Origin: Stellaceae bacterium
GTDB taxonomy: Bacteria; Pseudomonadota; Alphaproteobacteria; ATCC43930; CGMCC-115725
Direction of reading: 5' to 3'
Assembly: GCA_050729815.1 (NCBI GenBank)
Contig: JBOHLV010000102.1
Coordinates: 12,772 to 76,771, forward strand
Length of the DNA stretch: 64,000 bases
Of the stretch, positions 57,679-64,000 are shown in pieces (positions within the stretch are counted from its first letter, which is position 1; every line of letters begins with the position of its first letter). Position numbers and translations under genes: made by a program. The notes beneath the pieces were generated by a model. That model ran no database searches and was not told the DNA's origin. It saw only the letters and a list, made by a program, of their open reading frames with translations.

Positions 57679-59088
57679 ATGAGAGATATCGCGATCGAAA
57701 CCTGTCACCGTCTCCTTCAGCACATGGGGACGAGCGCCGAGGATACCGGCGGTGCCATCGCCATTGCTGGCGCCGACCCGATTGTCGCCAGTCCGCATCG
57801 CCTCGGCACGGCGGCGGCGGCGGCGCTGGCGGCCGAGGGCGTCGGCATCGCCGCGATCTGGCGCATGCGTTCGGGCCGCGGCCAGGATGTCTCGGTCGAT
57901 CTGCGCCGCGCCGTGGTACCAGGGCTGCGCACTGTCTTTCACGTGAGCCAAGGCGGCAAGCCGTTGCGCTGGCGGCCGCGCTCGGGTTGGCAGTCCTTCT
58001 TCCGCACTCGCGACAACCGCCAGATCTATCTCCTGCGCGTGCGCGACTATCTCGACATGCTGCTCGGGCTTCTGGAACTCTTGCAATGCACCAACGACAA
58101 TGGCGCGGTCGCGAGTGCGGTTGCGCGTTGGCACAGCGGCGACCTCGAGGACGCGATCGCGGCGGCGAAGCTCGTCGGCGTCGTGGCACGTCGGCGCGAT
58201 GAGTGGCTGGATCATCCCCAAGGGCAATGGCTCGCAGGTCGGCCGCCGATCGATCTGGAGAAGATCGCAGACGGTCCGCCCGAGCCGTTCGGCCCGGCGC
58301 CCCGACCACTTACGGGCGTGCGTGTCCTCGACGTGTCGCATGTGCTGGCGGGGCCGGCGGCATCGCGGCTCCTCGCGGAGCAGGGCGCCGACGTACTCCA
58401 CATCGCCTCCTATCGCCATCCCGACACGCTCGACAAGACGGTCGACACCAGTTTCGGCAAGCGCTCCGCCTATCTCGATCTCGACCGCGACCGGGATCGC
58501 GCCCGGCTCGCGGAACTGGTGCGCGGCTGCGACGTGTTCGTACAAAGCTGGCGGCTGGGTTCGCTGCAGAAACGCGGCTTCGGCCCGCGCGAGGTGGCAA
58601 AGCTGCGTCCGGGCGCGATCTATGTCTCCCTCTCGGCCTATGGCGCCGGCGGCCCGTGGGCAGCGCGCGGCGGCTATGACCCGGTGGGGCAGGTGGCGAG
58701 CGGCCTCGCCGTGGCGGAAGGCTCCTTCGAGGCCCCGACGCTCGCGCCGACCGGCACGGTCAATGACTATCTCACCGCCTATCTCGCCGCGGCGGGCGCG
58801 GTCGGCGCGCTCTATCGCCGCGCGCGGGAGGGCGGAAGCTACCAGGTCGAGGTCTCGCTTACCCGCTCCTCGATGTTCGTGCTGGATCTGGGCCAACTTG
58901 AGACCCGGCCGAAGCCGGAACAGGTCTTCGGCCTCGAAGCGTTGCCGTCGGACCTGCGCACCACCCTCTCGCCGCTGGGCGAGGTCGCCTATCCGGCGCC
59001 GATCACGGACTTCTCCGAGACCAAACCCTATTGGGAGCGGCCTTGCGGCGTCGTCGGCGCCGATCAGCCGGTCTGGCTGCCACGATAG
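57679..59088 (+). CDS. CaiB/BaiF family III CoA-transferase (long N-terminal form)
   Basis: LTGVRVLDVSHVLAGPAASRLLAEQGADV and the downstream GYDPV region. The start is uncertain (ATG 57679 or TTG 57637). Confidence 0.7.
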   Translation: MRDIAIETCHRLLQHMGTSAEDTGGAIAIAGADPIVASPHRLGTAAAAALAAEGVGIAAIWRMRSGRGQDVSVDLRRAVVPGLRTVFHVSQGGKPLRWRPRSGWQSFFRTRDNRQIYLLRVRDYLDMLLGLLELLQCTNDNGAVASAVARWHSGDLEDAIAAAKLVGVVARRRDEWLDHPQGQWLAGRPPIDLEKIADGPPEPFGPAPRPLTGVRVLDVSHVLAGPAASRLLAEQGADVLHIASYRHPDTLDKTVDTSFGKRSAYLDLDRDRDRARLAELVRGCDVFVQSWRLGSLQKRGFGPREVAKLRPGAIYVSLSAYGAGGPWAARGGYDPVGQVASGLAVAEGSFEAPTLAPTGTVNDYLTAYLAAAGAVGALYRRAREGGSYQVEVSLTRSSMFVLDLGQLETRPKPEQVFGLEALPSDLRTTLSPLGEVAYPAPITDFSETKPYWERPCGVVGADQPVWLPR

Positions 59089-59187
59089 TCTAGACGGGTG
59101 ACGGGTGCTCGGGCCGGTCGCGGGATCGCCTCGATATTATCCGGCTGCCGTCGTCATGGGGCGCCAGCAATCAAAGGGAGGATCGGT

Positions 59188-60156
59188 GTGCAGGCTTGGA
59201 TTGTCGAGCGCTTATCGCCCGAAGGCGAGCTTCGTTTGGCCGAGGTGCCGCTGCCCGAACCCGCCGGCGACGAGGCGCGCATCCGCGTTGCTGCGGTTGG
59301 GCTCAATTTCCTCGATACGCTGGTCGTGAAGGGCCAGTATCAGGTGAAGCCGAAACTGCCGTTCTCGCCCGGGGTCGAGGTGGCCGGGCAGGTAACCGCG
59401 GCCGGGCCGGATTCATCCTTCAGGATCGGCGAGATGATCGCCGGCAATTGCGATTTCGGCGGCTTCGCCGAAGAGGCGATTGTACGCGCCTCCGGTGCAT
59501 TTCGGATGCCGGCGGGCATGACGCCGCGCGATGCGGTCGCACTGCTCACCATTTATCCGACGGCGCATCTTGCGCTGCGGCACCGCGCTGGGCTCAAAGC
59601 CGGAGAGACGGTGCTGGTGACGGCGGCTGTGGGCGGGGTCGGCTCGGCGACGCTGCAACTCGCCAAACATTGGGGCGCGCGCGTCATCGCGGCGGCGGGT
59701 GGCGCGGCGAAGGTGACGCTCGCCCGTGAACTCGGCGCTGACCATGTCATCGATTATCGGGAGGAAAAGCTGATCGAGGGGCTGCGACGCCTCGCACCCG
59801 ATGGTGTCGATGTCGCAGTCGATTCCGTCGGCGGCGCCGTCACGGTCGATTGCCTGCGCGCCCTTGCCTGGGGAGGGCGATTGATGATCGTCGGCTTTGC
59901 CGGCGGCCAGATCGCCGAACTGCCCTCGAACCGGCTTCTTCTCAAGAACGCGGCGGCAATGGGCGTCTATTGGGGCGAGCAACGCCGCCACGACCCAGCG
60001 CTGGCCGACGGCATCGGGGCCGATCTGCTTCGGCTTCATGCCGCCGGCGCGATCCGGCCCCTCATCCGCGACGTCTTTGCCTTTGCGCAAGCGCCGGCGG
60101 CGCTTGCGGCGCTTGCGGCGCGCCGCAGCGTCGGCAAGGTCGTAATCGACCGTTAA
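59188..60156 (+). CDS. NADPH:quinone oxidoreductase / zinc-type alcohol dehydrogenase-like (MDR family)
   Basis: Start at GTG 59188 after GGGAGG. PFSPGVEVAGQV and nucleotide motif AAVGGVGSATLQLAK. Confidence 0.85.
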   Translation: MQAWIVERLSPEGELRLAEVPLPEPAGDEARIRVAAVGLNFLDTLVVKGQYQVKPKLPFSPGVEVAGQVTAAGPDSSFRIGEMIAGNCDFGGFAEEAIVRASGAFRMPAGMTPRDAVALLTIYPTAHLALRHRAGLKAGETVLVTAAVGGVGSATLQLAKHWGARVIAAAGGAAKVTLARELGADHVIDYREEKLIEGLRRLAPDGVDVAVDSVGGAVTVDCLRALAWGGRLMIVGFAGGQIAELPSNRLLLKNAAAMGVYWGEQRRHDPALADGIGADLLRLHAAGAIRPLIRDVFAFAQAPAALAALAARRSVGKVVIDR

Positions 60157-61211
60157 GCCGATCTGAGGAAGTTCTCCGCCGGTTCCTCATCCATGATGGT
60201 ACGAAAGACGCGAAGGTAATCCTCGGCCATGCGGCGTGCGGTAAAGCGCGCCTCGAACCGGCGGCGGATTTGAGGCCGCGACAATTGGCTGGCTTGGGCG
60301 ACGGCCGCGACCGCTTCGTCCTCGCTGGTGACGAGATAGCCGGTGACGCCCGGCTCGATGATCTCGGGCGCGGCACCATGGGGCCAGACGATGGCGGGTG
60401 TGCCGCAAGCCGCCGCCTCGATCATGACGAGGCCGAACGGCTCCTCCCAATCGATGGGCGACAACAACGCGATCGCGCCGGACAGGAAGTCTGATTTCTC
60501 GGCATCGGTGATCTCGCCGACATAATCGACATGCGGTAGTTGAAAAAGCGGCTCGATCTCGTTCTCGAAATAATCGCGGTCGGCGCGGTCGATCTTGGCC
60601 GCGATCTTGAGCGGCAGGCCACAGCGCGCGGCGATACGGATGGCGCGATCGACCCGCTTTTCCCGCGCGATGCGGCCGAGAAATGCGAGATAGGAGGGTT
60701 TCACCGGCTGCGGCGTCAGCAGATCCGCCGGCAGTCCGTGTGGAATCGTCGCGACCCAGCCTGCCTGCGGAATGAATTTGCGCTGCGCGTGCGAGATCGC
60801 AACTACCGGCGCGCGCGAAAAGGCGGTGAAGACCGGCTGATGCTCCAGGAGATCGAGCCGGCCATGCAACGTCGTCACGAACGGCGTCGATTGGCGCAGG
60901 AACAGCGAAAACGGCATATAGTCGAGATGAAAATGGAGGACGTCGAACTCAGCGGCACGTTGCCGCACCCGCTCCAGCATCAGCATATGGAGCGCAAACG
61001 GATCGAGCACCCGGGAATCGAAACGCAGGGCCACAGGCCATACCGCATCGAGCCGGGCCGTCGTTTCGGAATCGCCTGAGGCGAACAGTGTCACCTCATG
61101 TCCCATCCGCACCAACTCTTCGGTGATCCAGGAAACCACGCGCTCCGTACCGCCATAGCTCTTCGGCGGCACGGCTTCGGTCAAGGGGGCGATCTCGGCG
61201 ATGCGCATCAA
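60153..61211 (-). CDS. glycosyltransferase family 4 (GT-B, group 1)
   Basis: YGGTERVVSWITEELVRMGHEVTLFASGDS N-terminus and the C-terminal EPFGLVMIEAAACGTP (E-x7-E region). Confidence 0.85.
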   Translation of the reverse strand: MMRIAEIAPLTEAVPPKSYGGTERVVSWITEELVRMGHEVTLFASGDSETTARLDAVWPVALRFDSRVLDPFALHMLMLERVRQRAAEFDVLHFHLDYMPFSLFLRQSTPFVTTLHGRLDLLEHQPVFTAFSRAPVVAISHAQRKFIPQAGWVATIPHGLPADLLTPQPVKPSYLAFLGRIAREKRVDRAIRIAARCGLPLKIAAKIDRADRDYFENEIEPLFQLPHVDYVGEITDAEKSDFLSGAIALLSPIDWEEPFGLVMIEAAACGTPAIVWPHGAAPEIIEPGVTGYLVTSEDEAVAAVAQASQLSRPQIRRRFEARFTARRMAEDYLRVFRTIMDEEPAENFLRSA

Positions 61212-61378
61212 GTTGCTCCTTTGTTAGTCATCTCCCCCGTCTCCCATCGCGGTCCCTCCCGGACTCAAGAACGTCGCAAACCCTCACCTATTCCGGCAGG
61301 AAATGTTTCGATGCACCGAGGCCGGGAATATTTCGGCCGCAACCGCGTTGGAGAAGCATTACCGGCACGGGGAGAAGA

Positions 61379-63238
61379 ATGCTGGACAGTTACCATCATC
61401 TCATGGGCGTCGACCTACCATCGGAGCGGTGCTCGCGGAAACCCACCCAAGGCGATTTCGGCGAGGCGACGCGATTCGCGAACCGGCCCGCGGCATTCAT
61501 CATGCGGTGCATTGGCACCCGCCCATTCTCACATCTGTTGATTGCGGCGGCGGTAACCGCGGCGGCCGGCTGTTCCGTCACCACCCAATACGGCATCAAA
61601 TTCCTGATCGACGTGTTGGGCCGTGGGCCGGCCGCGGCGGATGGCCGCATCTGGATCGCGTTCGCGCTATTGGTGTCGTTAGTCGTGGGCGACACAATAT
61701 TTTGGCGTGTGGCCGGGTGGGTCGCGAGCCGCGCCTTCGTCAAGGTGACGGGCGATGTGCGGGCCGTGCTGTTCGGCCATCTTCTGGGCCATGCGCCGCG
61801 CTATTTCGCCGATCGCCCGCCCGGCGTCCTGACGAGCCGCATCGCCGCCACGTCGAATGCGCTCTTCACCCTCGAATATCTCTTCACCTGGAACGCGCTG
61901 CCACCGATCGTCGCGACGGTGGGGGCGATCGCCTTTCTGGTCACGGTGAGCCCGGCAATGACCCTGGGTCTCGCCGCCTTTGCCGCCATCCTGGTTGCGG
62001 TGCTTTATCGCATCGCCCGGCACGGCTGGCCCCTGCACCGGCATTTCGCCGACAAGGCCGCCGCGGTCGATGGCGAGATGACGGACATCATCGCCAATAT
62101 CGCGCTGGTGCGCACGTTCGGCGGCTTGGCGCGCGAGCGGCGACGGCTTGCGGAAGCGGTAGGCGTCGAGCTTGACGCGCGCGAGCATAGCCTCAAATAT
62201 ATCGAGAAGCTGCGTATCCTCCACGCCACGATTACGGTCGTGGTGACGGTGCTGATGCTGGCCTGGATCCTCATGCGCTGGAGCCGGGGCGACGCCACCA
62301 CCGGCGAAGTCGTGCTGGTGACGACGCTTGCTTTCACCATCCTCAATGCGACGCGCGACCTTGCCGTCGCGCTGGTCGAGATGACGCAGCATCTGGCACG
62401 TCTGGCCGAAGCACTCGCGACCCTCGCCGTGCCGCATGAGATCACGGATCATCCGGAAGCCGCCCGTTTCGTGTCGCGCCCTGCCGCCGCCGTCCGGTTC
62501 GAGCATGTCCGCTTCGCCTATACGCAAGGTACGCCGGTATTCACGGATTTAGACCTCGCCATTGAGCGCGGCGAGCGCGTCGGCCTCGTCGGTGAATCGG
62601 GTGGCGGCAAGACCACCGCGTTCGCGCTTCTACAGCGCTTCTATGAGGTCGATGACGGGCGCATCCTCATCGATGGCAAGGACATCGCCCTGGCGACGCA
62701 GGATAGTCTCCACGCGCTCATCGCGGTGGTGCCGCAAGACCCGTCGCTGCTTCAGCGCTCGATCCTCGACAATGTTCGCTATGCCCGGCCCGAGGCCTCG
62801 GACGACGAGGTGCGCGCCGCGCTCGAGGCGGCGCATTGCGCCGATTTCATCGCGACCCTGCCGGAGGGGCTGATGACACGGGTCGGCGATCGCGGTGCCA
62901 AGCTGTCGGCCGGCCAACGTCAGCGCATCGCCATCGCGCGCGCCCTCTTGAAGGACGCGCCGGTCCTGCTTCTCGATGAAGCGACCTCGGCGCTCGATAT
63001 CGATTCGGAAGAGGCGGTGCGGCATGCGCTCGGTCGGCTCATGGAAGACCGCACCGTGATCGCGATCGCGCATCGGCTATCCACGTTGCGCGATTTCGAC
63101 CGCATCGTCGTGCTCGACCGCGGCAGCATCATTGAGGACGGCGCGCCGACCCTGTTGATGCGCCGGCGCGGCATCTATCGTGATCTCGTCTCCCGCGAGG
63201 CGGCACGTCTTGTCACCCGGCCGCTCGACGCGGCGTGA
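61379..63238 (+). CDS. ABC exporter, fused transmembrane/ATP-binding protein (MsbA-like half transporter)
   Basis: The N-terminal half has 6 TM segments. Walker A GESGGGKTT, signature LSAGQRQRIAIARAL and Walker B VLLLDEATSALD. The start is uncertain. Confidence 0.85.
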   Translation: MLDSYHHLMGVDLPSERCSRKPTQGDFGEATRFANRPAAFIMRCIGTRPFSHLLIAAAVTAAAGCSVTTQYGIKFLIDVLGRGPAAADGRIWIAFALLVSLVVGDTIFWRVAGWVASRAFVKVTGDVRAVLFGHLLGHAPRYFADRPPGVLTSRIAATSNALFTLEYLFTWNALPPIVATVGAIAFLVTVSPAMTLGLAAFAAILVAVLYRIARHGWPLHRHFADKAAAVDGEMTDIIANIALVRTFGGLARERRRLAEAVGVELDAREHSLKYIEKLRILHATITVVVTVLMLAWILMRWSRGDATTGEVVLVTTLAFTILNATRDLAVALVEMTQHLARLAEALATLAVPHEITDHPEAARFVSRPAAAVRFEHVRFAYTQGTPVFTDLDLAIERGERVGLVGESGGGKTTAFALLQRFYEVDDGRILIDGKDIALATQDSLHALIAVVPQDPSLLQRSILDNVRYARPEASDDEVRAALEAAHCADFIATLPEGLMTRVGDRGAKLSAGQRQRIAIARALLKDAPVLLLDEATSALDIDSEEAVRHALGRLMEDRTVIAIAHRLSTLRDFDRIVVLDRGSIIEDGAPTLLMRRRGIYRDLVSREAARLVTRPLDAA

Positions 63239-63261
63239 GCGCGTGGGGCTTTCCCGCGCGC
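63239..63261 (+). terminator. GC-rich hairpin immediately after the ABC exporter stop codon
   Basis: GCGCGTGGG / loop GCTTT / CCCGCGCGC gives 9 bp with one G-U pair. No U-tract. Confidence 0.25.
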
Positions 63262-63292
63262 GCAATCCCTGATAGAGGCTTTGCCCCGCGGA

Positions 63293-63369
63293 GGGCCCGT
63301 AGTTCAGTTGGTCAGAACGCGCCGCTCATAACGGTGTTGTCGCAGGTTCGAGTCCTGCCGGGCCCACCA
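63293..63369 (+). tRNA. tRNA with CAU anticodon (elongator tRNA-Met or lysidine-dependent tRNA-Ile2), CCA encoded
   Basis: A full cloverleaf was folded by eye. Acceptor GGGCCCG/CGGGCCC, D stem GUUC/GAAC, anticodon stem CGCCG/CGGUG with loop CUCAUAA, T arm GCAGG-UUCGAGU-CCUGC, discriminator A plus CCA. G1-C72 is paired, so it is not an initiator. Confidence 0.9.
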
Positions 63370-63371
63370 AG

Positions 63372-63640
63372 CTTTTCGGTGTGGATCAGGACATAGCCCA
63401 GTGACATATGCGCAATGGCATGGCCGGGTGTTGCGGACAATACCTTGCCCAAGGTCGATTCCGCGGCGGTGCGACGCGTCTGGCGCTCATCGCTCAGCGA
63501 GCCGCCGCCGAGCATCGCATCCCCGCCCCACCGACCAGCGCCTCGATGTTGGCCGGGTCGAGGGCGACCGCGCGCTCGTCCAGTACCACGATATCCATCG
63601 GCCCGCTCCTCTCGGCGATGGAGCCTAACCATCGCCGGCG
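63372..63640 (-). pseudogene. possible frameshifted, 3'-truncated remnant of a TPR-like gene abutting the tRNA 3' end
   Basis: Two minus-strand frames carry TPR-like strings (VALDPANIEAL, then KVLSATPGHAIAHMSLGYVL). The reading frame runs straight into the tRNA gene without its own stop. Weak, by eye only. Confidence 0.2.
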
Positions 63641-63670
63641 AGGTCGCACAAGCGGCGGAATAAGGCGCGA

Positions 63671-63704
63671 TTGACATGACTCATAAGCGTACATATATCC
63701 GTAC
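63671..63704 (+). promoter_or_regulatory. yefM-yoeB promoter/operator: TTGACA-17 nt-TATATC with two GTAC cores 12 bp apart
   Basis: Perfect -35 at 63671-63676 and -10-like TATATC at 63694-63699. GTAC occurs at 63689-63692 and 63701-63704, flanking the -10. The ATG at 63708 implies a leaderless or near-leaderless mRNA. Confidence 0.4.
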
Positions 63705-63707
63705 GTT

Positions 63708-63959
63708 ATGGATCATGTCAGCTATACGGAACTCCGCCAGAACCTGGCGAAATTCCTCGATCTGGTGTGCGATGACCGCGCGCCGGTGATCGTCACGCGT
63801 CAGAATTCCCGCTCGGTCGTGATGATGTCGCTCGAGGAATTTGAGAGCATTGAGGAGACGCTGCATCTGTTGCGCAGCCCCGCCAACGCGGCGCGGTTGC
63901 AACGTTCCATCGCGCACGCCGAAGCAGATGAATTGACGGAGCACGATCCCGGCAAATGA
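63708..63959 (+). CDS. yefM: Phd/YefM-family type II antitoxin
   Basis: 83 aa. VSYTELRQNLAKFLDLVCDDRAPVIVTRQNSRSVVMMSLEEFESIEETLHLLRSPANA is a textbook YefM pattern. Confidence 0.85.
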   Translation: MDHVSYTELRQNLAKFLDLVCDDRAPVIVTRQNSRSVVMMSLEEFESIEETLHLLRSPANAARLQRSIAHAEADELTEHDPGK

Positions 63960-64000
63960 AGCTGCTTTGGACCGCCGAGGCCTGGGAGGAATTCGTTCAA
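63956..64000 (+). CDS. yoeB: Txe/YoeB-family toxin (5' end only, truncated by the window)
   Basis: ATGA overlap with the yefM stop. The first 15 residues MKLLWTAEAWEEFVQ match the YoeB N-terminus (MKL.W...AW.DY). Confidence 0.6.
   Translation, partial: MKLLWTAEAWEEFVQ

Noticed and set aside
55535-58309. 924-aa ORF on the minus strand, the longest ORF in the window.
   Set aside because: It runs antisense to three well-supported plus-strand genes (AKR, MetE-like, CoA-transferase). Its product is Arg/Ala/Gly/Pro-rich low-complexity sequence with no motifs. This is a typical shadow ORF in GC-rich DNA.
57133-58896. 587-aa minus-strand ORF.
   Set aside because: It runs antisense to the MetE-like and CoA-transferase genes. 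Its composition is Arg/Ala-rich, with no recognisable domain and no RBS context.
63312-63677. 121-aa minus-strand ORF downstream of the ABC exporter.
   Set aside because: Its 3' part is simply the antisense of the tRNA gene (63293-63369). Only the upstream part may be a gene remnant, which is reported separately at low confidence.

Overview
This is a GC-rich, densely coding chromosomal segment that looks alphaproteobacterial: it has a ROSE-type leader on an hsp20-DUF1150 pair, an rpoN-ptsN locus and LivHMGF-type transporters. I support about 62 protein-coding genes, one tRNA(CAU), two or three gene remnants and a few regulatory sites read by eye. I saw no rRNA, CRISPR array, IS element or prophage.

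Content from left to right:
- apt.
- A convergent OYE-type flavoenzyme gene.
- An 11-gene translationally coupled minus-strand operon (2234-15352). It encodes an IorAB-like 2-oxoacid:ferredoxin oxidoreductase, Rieske oxygenase alpha/beta subunits, a thiolase-like protein without thiolase catalytic residues, a DUF35::degenerate-SDR fusion, a cyclase/formamidase-family protein, an SDR, an opine-dehydrogenase-like protein, a 3-hydroxyacyl-CoA dehydrogenase and an acyl-CoA ligase.
- A Liv-type ABC importer.
- A 2-aminobenzoyl-CoA monooxygenase/reductase-like operon with an embedded MarR gene (23002-30136).
- GST and a DEAD-box helicase.
- Three small charged proteins.
- 3-hydroxyanthranilate dioxygenase with a DHDPS-family partner.
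- hsp20-DUF1150, then ptsN-rpoN.
- A DD-carboxypeptidase.
- An odd operon joining MetE-like and 4,5-dihydroxyphthalate-decarboxylase-like genes to KpsC-like (frameshifted) and KpsS-like genes.
- Assorted oxidoreductases and hydrolases, def, and a marR-emrAB-like efflux operon.
- A second MetE-like gene with a CoA-transferase and a quinone oxidoreductase, a GT4 glycosyltransferase and an ABC exporter.
- The tRNA, followed by a gene fragment and a yefM-yoeB toxin-antitoxin pair at the window edge.

The most interesting candidate is the 11-gene operon. Its Ltp2-like pseudo-thiolase / DUF35-pseudo-SDR pair stands out, and the operon may feed the neighbouring 2-aminobenzoyl-CoA pathway. All functional calls rest on motif recognition by eye and remembered family knowledge. 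No database searches were run.
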